This document shows, in pieces, positions 48,652 to 58,605 of a DNA stretch of 64,000 nucleotides (its first letter is position 1; each line of letters opens with the position of its first letter). The stretch spans positions 1 through 64,000 of the IMG/VR virus record IMGVR_UViG_3300036766_000317. One strand, given 5' to 3'. The notes under the pieces were generated by a model that was given only the letters and a program-made list of their open reading frames with translations, was not told where the DNA came from and did not search any database. Both the position numbers and the translations under genes were made by a program. Source of the DNA: a virus.

Positions 48652-49676
48652 TGAAGGAAATCAACCACATAACCAAGGCGGAAATTTTATGGTCCCGAAC
48701 CTGCCCCCTATCCTGTTCTTACTGTGCTATAGCAGACGGTAGAAGGAATACAGTACTGCTTACAGAATGGTTTAGGGGCATTGATCAACTGAAGCAATTA
48801 GGATGTTCTTTCCTTGCCTTATATGGGGCGGAACCACTGGCGGACTTCGATAAACTTCCCGAAGTTATTGAGTTTTCAGAAACAATAGGCATACACACCA
48901 CAGTCATTACAAGTGGCTGTGTGCCCGATTTAAATAGTAAATTATACTCCTTATATAGTAAAGGACTTCGTTCCATAACAACGTCTTTTGATATCAATCC
49001 TTCTGACAATTACAGCAAGCGAAAGACCAATCAAGCCTTAAACGTGATTGATTACTTCCGATCCCTCGGACCTGTTCGGGATTCCGCTATAGTTGTCACC
49101 CTCACAAAAGAAAACTATCATCTTCTTCCTGATGTCATTCAATTTATGTCCGATAAAGACATCTGGACATTCTTTGATCTTATTCATCCCGATAGAGGAC
49201 AACCCGGATCGAAAGTAAAGAATACCGATCTTGATCTTCTATTCAAGAAGGAAGACTTTGCTCCTCTATTAAATGTTCTACAGAAGGTGGGGGAGATGAA
49301 AAAGAAAGGATATCTGTGCCATTCTAGTTATCATTTCTTTGAAACAATGAAGCTTGTCGGGGCCTATATGCAGACGATTCCCGATTCTCCTATAGCCCCT
49401 TACATTTGGAACTGTTCTGATTACGATTGTTTTCCGTCTTGGGTGACGGTGGATTGCCAGGGGGATGTCCTCCCTTGCGATGATTTTTATACAACAGATG
49501 CTCCCATCATCAAAGTCTGGGAGATAGCAGATCTATGGGATAAGTTTTGTAAGATTTGGAAACCTATTGTAAAAGAAAGATGTCCCGGATGTTTGTGGAA
49601 TACTCATATCGACTCTCATTTAATCAAACGTGGTCTATTACCAATGGATCAATATATTCATGGGATAACCAACTAA
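48651..49676 (+). CDS. radical SAM/SPASM-twitch protein of unknown reaction
   Basis: CPLSCSYC, YGAEP, G.V.PCD, C.GC.W. Confidence 0.85.
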   Translation: MKEINHITKAEILWSRTCPLSCSYCAIADGRRNTVLLTEWFRGIDQLKQLGCSFLALYGAEPLADFDKLPEVIEFSETIGIHTTVITSGCVPDLNSKLYSLYSKGLRSITTSFDINPSDNYSKRKTNQALNVIDYFRSLGPVRDSAIVVTLTKENYHLLPDVIQFMSDKDIWTFFDLIHPDRGQPGSKVKNTDLDLLFKKEDFAPLLNVLQKVGEMKKKGYLCHSSYHFFETMKLVGAYMQTIPDSPIAPYIWNCSDYDCFPSWVTVDCQGDVLPCDDFYTTDAPIIKVWEIADLWDKFCKIWKPIVKERCPGCLWNTHIDSHLIKRGLLPMDQYIHGITN

Positions 49677-50289
49677 GAAGGGAGAAAACTAATGCCAACA
49701 ATGTACATAACTCTATGGAATCAACATGATCAAGAGGTTATTGCCCCCTACACTTATGGAAAGAATGGAAAGAAATCTCGAAAACCTAAACCAGTAAAAC
49801 TATCCACATGGCAGAAGATACAGGACGGGTACATAGACCTCTGGAATATGTTAAGAGGCAAATAAGATTGTCAAGAGGTCTTCATGTCCAACGAAAACTT
49901 AGACAGAAGTAACCCAACCAAATTCATACAGTATATGAGAGAGAACCCTTTCTACTTTGAAGATATCTTCAAAGTACCATTCTCAATGGATAATGCTAAA
50001 AAGGCTATAACAGAACTACGGGTGTTTGTGGGCAAGTCTGAAGGTAAAAAAGAAACAGCCCGAAAACTGGAACGTGCCCACAGAAAAAGAATAGAAAAAC
50101 GATATGAAAAGAACAACCACCCATAGAGGATTACGAGAATGGAGATGTTGTGGATTTCTTTGGCAATTACTTCTATCAAGACGATATCCCGACAGAGCAT
50201 TGTGGAATCCGATTTGCCCCAAATGTGGTTCTACATGGTAATAAGTAAAAGATTTGTTATACTTAAATAAAAGAAAGGAGGAATCGAAT

Positions 50290-50460
50290 ATGACATTGGA
50301 GAAACAGGTTCAGGACATGATCGATATTTTGGTTGCAAGTAAAACTGAAGCTGTCAGTGCAGACAAAGGCAACAAGACTGCGGCAAAGCGTCTTCGGGCC
50401 AGTAATGCCCTTTTACTGCCGATTATCAAAGCAGTAAAGGCTCAATCCCTTGGGAAGTAA
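50290..50460 (+). CDS. Hc1/histone-H1-like small helical protein
   Basis: DKGNKTAAKRLR motif. Confidence 0.7.
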   Translation: MTLEKQVQDMIDILVASKTEAVSADKGNKTAAKRLRASNALLLPIIKAVKAQSLGK

Positions 50461-50466
50461 CGAATT

Positions 50467-50537
50467 GTAGGGGCGGTGCCCAATAGTGGGAGATCAAAGC
50501 GTACAATGGGATGGATCGATCCCCTCACCGCCCCTGC
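50467..50537 (+). ncRNA. tRNA-like or degenerate structured element
   Basis: 12-bp closing stem, CCC/GGG arm, T-loop-like GGATCGATCCC; no canonical anticodon arm. Confidence 0.35.
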
Positions 50538-50650
50538 TTTTATTAAAGGAAGAGGAAGATGGTTCCTTTGCTAAATGACTTCTATCTTCTGGAACCAAAA
50601 TTCTTTAGTGAAGATGCTTTGATGGCTTACTACAAAAAGGCTTATGAGGT

Positions 50651-51334
50651 ATGGGTATGATCCTTTTGTTCTCAGGTGGTCTAGATAGTTTTGTCGCCTA
50701 TCATTATTTGAACAAGCCACAAACGATCTACTTCTATCTCAACACCAAATACTCTGCAAAAGAACTGATGGTGGTTAAGAAACTGATACCTTCTACAATT
50801 GTGGAAACTTGCATAGATTTTAAAACGAGAGAAGAGGATGGTTCTGCTTTTGTGCCATATAGAAATCTTCACCTTGCTTTGCTGGCAAACAAATACTCCG
50901 ACACCATTATAATTGCTGGATTGGCTGATGACGTTGTGAACGATAAAAACGAGAAGGTATTCCAGCAGTTCTCCTATCTTATGTCAGAGATGATGGGCAG
51001 AAGGATTATGGTTCTGTCCCCTTTTTGGGGGATGACTAAAGCGGAAGTTGTGAAATGGTTTCTAGAAAATGGAGGAACTAAAGAAGAACTTCTATCCACC
51101 ATCTCTTGTTATTCTCCAGAGGATGTCCTCTATTGCGGAAAATGCCCCGCTTGTTACAGAAAATTCTGTGCTTTAGGGGCTAACGGCATATACGATCTCA
51201 CTTTCACAAATGAGGTTCTGATGTGGGAATATTATGCTAAAGCTATGAAGGGGGATCATTACGATCCGAAAAGAAATAAAAACATCATTGAACAAACCCT
51301 AAGAGTCCATCCGAATTGGGAGAGTATATGGTAA
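50651..51334 (+). CDS. queC: 7-cyano-7-deazaguanine synthase
   Basis: LFSGGLDS, VPYRN, P....K, SCY, CGKCPAC..K. Confidence 0.9.
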   Translation: MGMILLFSGGLDSFVAYHYLNKPQTIYFYLNTKYSAKELMVVKKLIPSTIVETCIDFKTREEDGSAFVPYRNLHLALLANKYSDTIIIAGLADDVVNDKNEKVFQQFSYLMSEMMGRRIMVLSPFWGMTKAEVVKWFLENGGTKEELLSTISCYSPEDVLYCGKCPACYRKFCALGANGIYDLTFTNEVLMWEYYAKAMKGDHYDPKRNKNIIEQTLRVHPNWESIW

Positions 51335-51609
51335 TCTGTGTTGACCTAGACGGAACATTGACTTTAGAGACTGAAGGTTGGGATTATGCGAATAGGACGC
51401 CTAGAATCTCTATGATCCATAAGATTAGACAGTGGTACCGTGACGGTAGCCACATTATTTTATATTCTGCTCGTCTGAAGATAGACAGAAAAATTACGAT
51501 TGCTTGGCTGAAGAAATATCATGTGCCTTATCATGAACTTATTTTAGGAAAACCAAGGGCCGATTTGTACATCGATGATAAGGCTATGAGACCTGAGGAG
51601 GTGCTATGA
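51328..51609 (+). CDS. small HAD-family phosphatase
   Basis: VDLDGTL, SAR, T..WL, GKP....YIDDKA. Confidence 0.85.
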   Translation: MVICVDLDGTLTLETEGWDYANRTPRISMIHKIRQWYRDGSHIILYSARLKIDRKITIAWLKKYHVPYHELILGKPRADLYIDDKAMRPEEVL

Positions 51610-52520
51610 AATACTATTCCGAACACGGGGAAGATAAATGGATAATGAAAAATTTACCACTCCCAAAAAAAGGAGTTTATGTTGATATCGGAGCAGCTCA
51701 CCCAACTCATATGAGTAATACTGCTTTTCTTAGAGATATGGGTTGGACAGGGATTCAGGTGGATGCTGATCCTTACTGGAAGCCTTTTTGGAGAAGGAAA
51801 GGACTGTCGATTCTTTGTGTTCCTATATGGTCAAAAGACACAGGTGTAAAATTTGCTGTAAATAAAAAAGCTCATCGGCTATCAACTATTAGTCCTTCCG
51901 GAAAATTGGATAATTGCATGACAATCAAATCCGTTTGTGAATATGCAGAATTCACTCATATTGATTTCATGTCCTTAGATGTTGAAGGAGCGGAATTCGA
52001 TGTATTTAAAGTCCTCGATAAAAAACTATGGCCCGATGTACTTGTGGTTGAATATGATACCTTAGGAACACAAGACTTTCGGCTGCGTGCCTACCTGAAC
52101 AATTCCGCATACTATAAAGAGGTTTTGCAGACCAGCAACAATTTTGTATTCTTTCACACAAACCGATTGTATGATTACCATAGAACCTGCTGGAGATACA
52201 AACACGGTCATGTGGCCTCTTCCGAGAAACACCCTTGCTACTTCTGCGGATATGATCTTCCTATGAAAATTGTAGATAAGATCGAATGTAAAATATGCGG
52301 AACCATGGTCTGCCCTTCTTGTCATGGATGCCTCTGCACTATTTCCGATCTGCAATACAGCACCCTAATCCGATTACATAAAAAATACTGTTGTAATCTT
52401 CCCAACTATAAAGGAGTGGTGGAATTAGCAGAGCCGTATGATTCTGCCCTTGCTAATGGTTTTGTTAAAGCCATTAATGTTTGCTGCGCTGCCGAAAAGA
52501 AGAATGGAAATATACAATGA
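51606..52520 (+). CDS. FkbM-family methyltransferase with Cys-rich C-terminal domain
   Basis: YSEHGED, YVDIGA..P...SNT, IDFMSLDVEGAE; multiple CxxC. Confidence 0.85.
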   Translation: MKYYSEHGEDKWIMKNLPLPKKGVYVDIGAAHPTHMSNTAFLRDMGWTGIQVDADPYWKPFWRRKGLSILCVPIWSKDTGVKFAVNKKAHRLSTISPSGKLDNCMTIKSVCEYAEFTHIDFMSLDVEGAEFDVFKVLDKKLWPDVLVVEYDTLGTQDFRLRAYLNNSAYYKEVLQTSNNFVFFHTNRLYDYHRTCWRYKHGHVASSEKHPCYFCGYDLPMKIVDKIECKICGTMVCPSCHGCLCTISDLQYSTLIRLHKKYCCNLPNYKGVVELAEPYDSALANGFVKAINVCCAAEKKNGNIQ

Positions 52521-53386
52521 AATCAAAGCTGTTTCTTGATTCCGGTGCCTATTCGGCCTGGACCACTAATACGAAGATTGATATCCAAGAATATATTGCT
52601 TTTATTAAGGAACATAAAGATTCTCTGGAAGTATATGCCTGTCTTGATGACATAACAGACCCCGATAAGACATGGGAGAATCAAGAGACTATGGAAAAAG
52701 CAGGGTTATCTCCTCTACCTGTGTACCACACAGAAGAAGGGGAAAAGTATTTAAAAAGAGCCATGACCTATCCTTATTTTGCTGTGGGAGGTATGGCATT
52801 GAAGGGGGCTGTTTCCAGACGAGAACAATTCAATTTCGTTTTCTCCAAAGTTTGTACTAGGAAAAACGACTACTACCCTACTCATAAAGTGCATGGGTTC
52901 GGATTAGCCTCTCCTGATCTCTTGATTAGTTATCCATGGTACTCCGCCGACACTACATCCTGGGCAGCTTACTCTCGTTTTGGTATTATTCTCATACCAA
53001 GAATAATAAATGGATGCTTTCGTTATGATGTTCCTCCATACACAATAGCCATTTCTTCTCGCTCAAAAGCAATAGGGGATATGAAACACTTTCGGAATTT
53101 TTCCTCGATAGAACAGGAATGGATATCCAATTACTGCCAAGAACGAGGACTGCCTTTAGGCAGGACTTTATTCAAACGTGTTATGCCAGGATATTTTCTT
53201 AAAACTAATGAGCATTGGTTTGATAGAAAAAATAAACAACGTGTGGAAGTAACCATCAACAAAGGTCTTTGTTGTGATGGAGAAATGAGGGATCGTTTAA
53301 ACTTATTATACTTTCTTGGTTTGGAAAAGAATCAGCCTGGATGGCCGTGGGCCTGGAAGTTATATGAAAACCAATTATTTATATGA
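52517..53386 (+). CDS. dpdA: DpdA-like (TGT-fold) DNA deazaguanine transglycosylase
   Basis: FLDSGAYS, LD.I, PVYH, AVGG, HGFG, PWYSADTTSW; co-occurs with folE/queCDE. Confidence 0.85.
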   Translation: MKSKLFLDSGAYSAWTTNTKIDIQEYIAFIKEHKDSLEVYACLDDITDPDKTWENQETMEKAGLSPLPVYHTEEGEKYLKRAMTYPYFAVGGMALKGAVSRREQFNFVFSKVCTRKNDYYPTHKVHGFGLASPDLLISYPWYSADTTSWAAYSRFGIILIPRIINGCFRYDVPPYTIAISSRSKAIGDMKHFRNFSSIEQEWISNYCQERGLPLGRTLFKRVMPGYFLKTNEHWFDRKNKQRVEVTINKGLCCDGEMRDRLNLLYFLGLEKNQPGWPWAWKLYENQLFI

Positions 53387-54033
53387 ATATTGAAATTAAA
53401 AAGTGTTTAATACAAGGATGCCCAAATTCTCAAATGTCTTTAGGATTATGCGAAGAACACCGTTGTTGGAGACGACGGCACAAAAAGGGACGCACTGTTA
53501 CCGATCCTAATGAATTTATAATAGAAGGAGGCATTTGCAGAATCATTTTATTTGATAGAAAAGGAAACAAGAATGGGGAGACTGTTATTGATGCGGAAGA
53601 TATGAGAAAATGTAGACCATACAAATGGGGAAATCATAACAACCGAGTTATATGTTCTAGTCTGGGAAATGTAGGAAGACTGCCTAATTTCCTAATGAAT
53701 TTTACCTCTTCTCATAGGGTGCTTATTGATCATAAAGATCGAGACCCTTTCAATAATCGGAAAAATAATTTCCGAATATGTAGTAAATCTGAAAATACTA
53801 TGAATAGAGAAATACAAAGAAATAATGTTTCCGGATATCGAGGGGTTAATTGGGATAATCGAAATAAAAAATGGGCAGTGGGAATCTACTGTGCAAATCA
53901 GTATTATTGGGTGGGTTCTTTTCCCACAAAAGAAGAAGCTGCTTTGGCTTATAATGCTAAGGCTAAAGAATTATTCGGAGAATTTGCTGTACTAAATAAA
54001 GTTCCTGAAATAGAAACACCACTCTTTTCCTAG
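53383..54033 (+). CDS. HNH-AP2 homing endonuclease
   Basis: IDHKDRDPFNNRKNNFR, N.SGYRGV, EEAALAYN..A..LFGEFA.LN. Confidence 0.92.
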   Translation: MNIEIKKCLIQGCPNSQMSLGLCEEHRCWRRRHKKGRTVTDPNEFIIEGGICRIILFDRKGNKNGETVIDAEDMRKCRPYKWGNHNNRVICSSLGNVGRLPNFLMNFTSSHRVLIDHKDRDPFNNRKNNFRICSKSENTMNREIQRNNVSGYRGVNWDNRNKKWAVGIYCANQYYWVGSFPTKEEAALAYNAKAKELFGEFAVLNKVPEIETPLFS

Positions 54034-54045
54034 AAAGGAACCATT

Positions 54046-54573
54046 GTGCCGATAATATATTCGGACGATGAAAATCGATGTCTATTGGATGAACTGAAAA
54101 GTGCAAGCTCTGTTGTAAGAAGAGAATGCTTTACGGCTCTACATGAACTATGGCCAGGACTATTTTGTGGAAGAGAAAGATCACAACAAGGCCTGTTTAT
54201 TCAAATGGTTCGATTAGCCAAAAAAAATAATATTCCTTTCATTGTAGCATCTGCACCCAAAAGAATAAGGAAACGATACAAAAAGACGGTGGCTTCCGCA
54301 CTAACACCAGCCCCTGTTGTGCCTTCTAAAAAGCCCCCGAAAAAACCCAAGTTGCAAGAACAGATGCTGGCTATTCTTAGAAATGAATTGGGTTATGCAG
54401 AAAAAAGAGTAGTCAAACGGATTGCTATTCTTGTTTCGGAAGTAGCTACAGAAAATGTTAGACTTACATTAGAAATCAAAGAGCTTCGTTCCTTTAAAAA
54501 AGACTCTGAGATGACGAGAAATGATGGTAAATCTCCGTTAATGGAGAGATATTATTTGAAAGTAGGTGATTAA
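54046..54573 (+). CDS. hypothetical basic protein
   Basis: ORF in operon. Confidence 0.55.
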   Translation: MPIIYSDDENRCLLDELKSASSVVRRECFTALHELWPGLFCGRERSQQGLFIQMVRLAKKNNIPFIVASAPKRIRKRYKKTVASALTPAPVVPSKKPPKKPKLQEQMLAILRNELGYAEKRVVKRIAILVSEVATENVRLTLEIKELRSFKKDSEMTRNDGKSPLMERYYLKVGD

Positions 54574-54751
54574 AATTCTGTTGTATTTATCGGGAAATTT
54601 TCCTCAACTGAGTAACATCAATAAAGAACAAACTATGGCTGAATCAGTTATTGCTATGGGATATGATTACCACAGACTCATGACATTTTATTATATTAAG
54701 GATTGCATCACCATTTTAACTGTGGCTAAAAATTTGGAGGAAAAGAAATGA
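54566..54751 (+). CDS. small protein resembling the N-terminal strands of DpdA-type barrels
   Basis: LYLSGN and RLMTFYY motifs. Confidence 0.5.
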   Translation: MIKILLYLSGNFPQLSNINKEQTMAESVIAMGYDYHRLMTFYYIKDCITILTVAKNLEEKK

Positions 54752-54869
54752 AATTCTTTATAAGACTCTTAGCTGAAGTCTTTGAGTTCTTTGATTACTT
54801 CGTACATCTGGAAGGACAACGGAATTCTGAGAAATATGAACCTTATAACTTTGGTTGGTTAAGGAGGAA

Positions 54870-55931
54870 ATGGAAGGTATGAAAATAAAAAGAATAGAAC
54901 TCCGTGACATCTTAGCAAAGCTGATTCCGGGATTAGCTAAGAGGGAATTTATTCCTGCATTGACCCACTTTATGTTCTTGTCGGAAGAGATCGTAACCTA
55001 CAATGACAAAGTGGCCATCATACATCCATTTGAAAATACGGAACATCCATTCAGCATTAAAGGAATGGAATTCTTCCGTATCATAGATGGTATGACTGAT
55101 GACGAAATAACCATTCTTGTAGAAGAGGCCAAGATCAAGATACGTTCAAAAAGTACATCTGCAACGATGAAAATTCTAGGGGAGAATTTGAATAAACTCC
55201 CCGAATCAATTGCAGAGTTGAAGAAAGGACAGAAGGGATGGAAAGAGTTACCAGAAGATTTCTTAGAAGGTATTTCTCTATGCTCTTTTTCTACTTCCCC
55301 CGATCTGTCTAAGGGAATCATGGCTTGTGTATGGATCATCGGGGATACCTGCTATTCATTAGACCATGCTCGGTCAAGCCGTTTCAAGATGTCTTCCGAG
55401 ATGCCAGATATTTTATACCTTATAGGCAAAGAATGCTCCGAGCTGGTAAAATTTCCAGTAACTGAATACTGTACAGATAAAAAGTGGGCTCATTTTCGTA
55501 CAGAGGACGGAGTTGTTTTCAGTTGTATGCCCATGAAAGGATCATATCCTTTAGAGAAAGTGAATGCCGCTTATGACACAGCCTTACACAGTTCTATGGT
55601 ACAATTGCCAAAAGAACTGAAATCTATTGTGGACAGTGTTGTTGTCTTAGCTGGATTGCTTGAGAACAATGTTGGCAGATGGATTGAATTGACTTTGCAG
55701 GACGGAGAAATCTTTGTGAAAGCAACGAGTGAGTTGGGAGAAGTGGAAAAGACCATCCCTTGTAAATATGATGCTGATCCTATTTCATTACGACTGAATG
55801 TGAAGTTCCTCAGTCAGATTCTGGATAAAGCTACTTCTCTGTCTAAGAATGAGGGAATGGTTCATTTTAAGAGCGGGCCGTTCCAACATATTATGGCACA
55901 GACAAGTAAACCTTCTACGGAGACAAAATAG
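54870..55931 (+). CDS. DNA polymerase sliding clamp (beta-like)
   Basis: size; three-domain pattern; G.YP and LN.KFL..IL motifs; next to pol. Confidence 0.75.
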   Translation: MEGMKIKRIELRDILAKLIPGLAKREFIPALTHFMFLSEEIVTYNDKVAIIHPFENTEHPFSIKGMEFFRIIDGMTDDEITILVEEAKIKIRSKSTSATMKILGENLNKLPESIAELKKGQKGWKELPEDFLEGISLCSFSTSPDLSKGIMACVWIIGDTCYSLDHARSSRFKMSSEMPDILYLIGKECSELVKFPVTEYCTDKKWAHFRTEDGVVFSCMPMKGSYPLEKVNAAYDTALHSSMVQLPKELKSIVDSVVVLAGLLENNVGRWIELTLQDGEIFVKATSELGEVEKTIPCKYDADPISLRLNVKFLSQILDKATSLSKNEGMVHFKSGPFQHIMAQTSKPSTETK

Positions 55932-56018
55932 ATGCTAACCAAAAGAGAGAAGATTCTGGTAATTATTCTAACGGCACTAACAGTACTGGTAGCTATTATT
56001 CAATCATATAGGTGAACT

Positions 56019-58604
56019 GTGGAAGGCTTCTTCGATCTATCTGATATGGTTACAGAATCTACTGACCACATGTGTTCTCAATGTGGTCTAGATAGAGGGT
56101 GTAAGCATCCTCGTATAGAACCATCAGGGGAGAACCGGCTTGATACTCTGATCATAGCAGAAGCCCCCGGAGAAGATGAAGATTTAGAAGGAACCCAGTT
56201 GATAGGGGAAGTTGGTCAGTTCTTCCGAAAGTTATTATCCCAAAGGGATCTTAATTTAGATAAGGACTTCAAAAAGACCAATAGTTTACGTTGTCGGCCC
56301 CCTGGAAATAGGGAGCCTACTAGACAGGAGCTTGTCTGCTGCCATCCACATATTGATAAACTGATTCGGGAAATTAAACCTAAGTTTATATGGTTGATGG
56401 GAGCTGCTGCAATCGAATCCTATTTCATGTCACGATTCTCCACACTGACACCTACTCGATGGAGAGGATTGTGCATTCCTGATTTTGAATCAGGAGCTTG
56501 GATTATCCCTATCTTTCATCCATCTTATGCAAAAAGGAATGAGGATAATCCCATACTACTTTCCCAATACATCAGGGACCTTGATTTTGCTATTAAATGT
56601 ATCAAAACAAAGCCCGACATCCGTTCAATTCCCCGTCCCGATCTTGATTCCGTTCGTATCATCAAAGATTATGACGAAGTTTGTGATTGTTTGGAAGACT
56701 TGATTGACCACCCTCCTGAATTTTTATTCTATGACTATGAAACTACAGGACTGAAACCATATAGAGCAGGGCATAAGATTGCTTCCGTATCCTATAGTGT
56801 GAATAAGAAAGCAGTGGCTTTTCCTCTTCAACGACACTGGACTCTTTTGATGCAGAAGGAGATTGAAAAGAGATGGAAGAAAGTTCTTGAAGGCCCCTCT
56901 AAAAAGATAGCTCATAACATTCCGTTTGAAGATGTGTGGTCTAGGATCATCCTCAACACCGTTCCTAGAAACTGGCACTGGTGTACGATGACCGCTGCCC
57001 ACATCATCGACAACAGACCGAAATATACGGGATTGAAGTTTCAATCGTTTCTTCATTGGGGACTTCCTGATTATAGTAAAAGCATTTCTCCTTATCTGAA
57101 TCAATCCGATGAAAGAGGATTCAATCGAGTAATGGAAGCCCCTCTGAATCAGCTCCTGCAATATGGGGCAATCGATTCTTTAATGTGTGAATGGTTGTAT
57201 TGGCAACAGCAACCTTTGATCGATTCCCACTTAGCAAAGGGTCTTGATCTATTCATTGAGGGAGATTTGACTTTCGCAGACATGCAGATTAACGGGATTA
57301 ACGTGGATGCCGACTATTACAAGCGTTCCCATATTGAGTTAGAGCATAGAATCGAAGAGCGAAAGAAAGAGCTGTTGGAGTTCGATGAATGCAAGCTATT
57401 TCTCAAAGAGACGGGAAGGGAAATCAATCTCGGATCATCTGACGATTTGCGACTTTTGTTTTACAACCTATTGAAACTTTCCCCATTGAAGAAAACTGAT
57501 AAAGGCACTCCACAAGTGGATGCTGATTCCTTAGCGAAGATTGAAAGTCCACTTGCAAAAGAAATAACTGCCTTGGCTAAGATTAAGAAAGTAGATGGGA
57601 CATACATATCCCAATTTATGAGGGAGATTGATGATGACGGAAGGATTCATCCGTTCTTTAACCTTAATACAGTAAGAACGTATCGCTCCAGTGGAGATCG
57701 GCCCAACATACAAAATACCCCCGTCCGTAATGAAGAGGCTAAACGATATGCCAGGTCTGGCATAAAACCCTCTTCGGGATGGATAATACTTGACTGGGAC
57801 TATAACGCAAATGAGGTGAAAACCGGTGCATGTTATACACAAGACCCCGAATTGATCCGTTATTGTAAAGATCCTACCACAGATATGCACAGAGATTCTG
57901 CCAGGGAAATCTTTGTTTTGCCAAAAGCTGTTGATTCTTTTTGGAAAGATAAACAGACGGGCAGTAAACTTCGATTCTTTGTTAAGAATGGTTTTATATT
58001 TCCTGAGTGGTATGGATCTTATTACAGAAATTGTGCTACAAATATTTGGAGGGAATGTTCTAAATTGAAAACTGACTCAGGCATTACTGTCTTAGAACAT
58101 CTACAGAATGTTGGTATCATAACAAAGGTAAGTAAAGCAGAGGAGCAATTCATTGAGCATGTCAGAGATGTAGAAAAAGATTATTGGAAAAAATTCAATG
58201 TATTCAAGAAGTGGCAGGAGGAACATTATCGAAGATACGAAAAGAATGGGTATATAGAACTGTTCACAGGATTCCGTTGTTCCGGTTATTTAGGCAGGAA
58301 TGAGTTGGTTAACTATTTATTCCAGGGCACCGCATTTCATTGGCTTCTGTGGAGTGTCATTCAGATCAATGCCGAATTCCGAGAGCGTAAGATGGAATCA
58401 AAGGTTATTGCTCAGATACATGATAATGCCATTCTCGACTGCCCCCCTGATGAAAAAGAAGATGTCATTGGTCTTTGTACAGAAGTTGCTACACAACGAT
58501 TGAGGGAACAGTATCCTTGGATCATTGTTCCTTTGGCTATCGAGTGGGAGGAAACGGGCATCGACCAATCGTGGTATTCTAAATCCGATATTAAGGAGGA
58601 TTAG
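56019..58604 (+). CDS. family A DNA polymerase with N-terminal family-4 uracil-DNA-glycosylase domain and 3'-5' exonuclease
   Basis: C..C.L, AEAPG, CRPP.NR.P, HPSY; DYETTGL, HN..FE; T.RSS...PN.QN, D....E, DMH, QGT, QIHD. Confidence 0.92.
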   Translation: MEGFFDLSDMVTESTDHMCSQCGLDRGCKHPRIEPSGENRLDTLIIAEAPGEDEDLEGTQLIGEVGQFFRKLLSQRDLNLDKDFKKTNSLRCRPPGNREPTRQELVCCHPHIDKLIREIKPKFIWLMGAAAIESYFMSRFSTLTPTRWRGLCIPDFESGAWIIPIFHPSYAKRNEDNPILLSQYIRDLDFAIKCIKTKPDIRSIPRPDLDSVRIIKDYDEVCDCLEDLIDHPPEFLFYDYETTGLKPYRAGHKIASVSYSVNKKAVAFPLQRHWTLLMQKEIEKRWKKVLEGPSKKIAHNIPFEDVWSRIILNTVPRNWHWCTMTAAHIIDNRPKYTGLKFQSFLHWGLPDYSKSISPYLNQSDERGFNRVMEAPLNQLLQYGAIDSLMCEWLYWQQQPLIDSHLAKGLDLFIEGDLTFADMQINGINVDADYYKRSHIELEHRIEERKKELLEFDECKLFLKETGREINLGSSDDLRLLFYNLLKLSPLKKTDKGTPQVDADSLAKIESPLAKEITALAKIKKVDGTYISQFMREIDDDGRIHPFFNLNTVRTYRSSGDRPNIQNTPVRNEEAKRYARSGIKPSSGWIILDWDYNANEVKTGACYTQDPELIRYCKDPTTDMHRDSAREIFVLPKAVDSFWKDKQTGSKLRFFVKNGFIFPEWYGSYYRNCATNIWRECSKLKTDSGITVLEHLQNVGIITKVSKAEEQFIEHVRDVEKDYWKKFNVFKKWQEEHYRRYEKNGYIELFTGFRCSGYLGRNELVNYLFQGTAFHWLLWSVIQINAEFRERKMESKVIAQIHDNAILDCPPDEKEDVIGLCTEVATQRLREQYPWIIVPLAIEWEETGIDQSWYSKSDIKED

Positions 58605-58605
58605 T

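Noticed and set aside
53383-54033. HNH-AP2 gene as part of a group I intron
   Set aside because: Flanking genes look complete, it overlaps the dpdA stop directly, and no intron core or non-coding space is visible.
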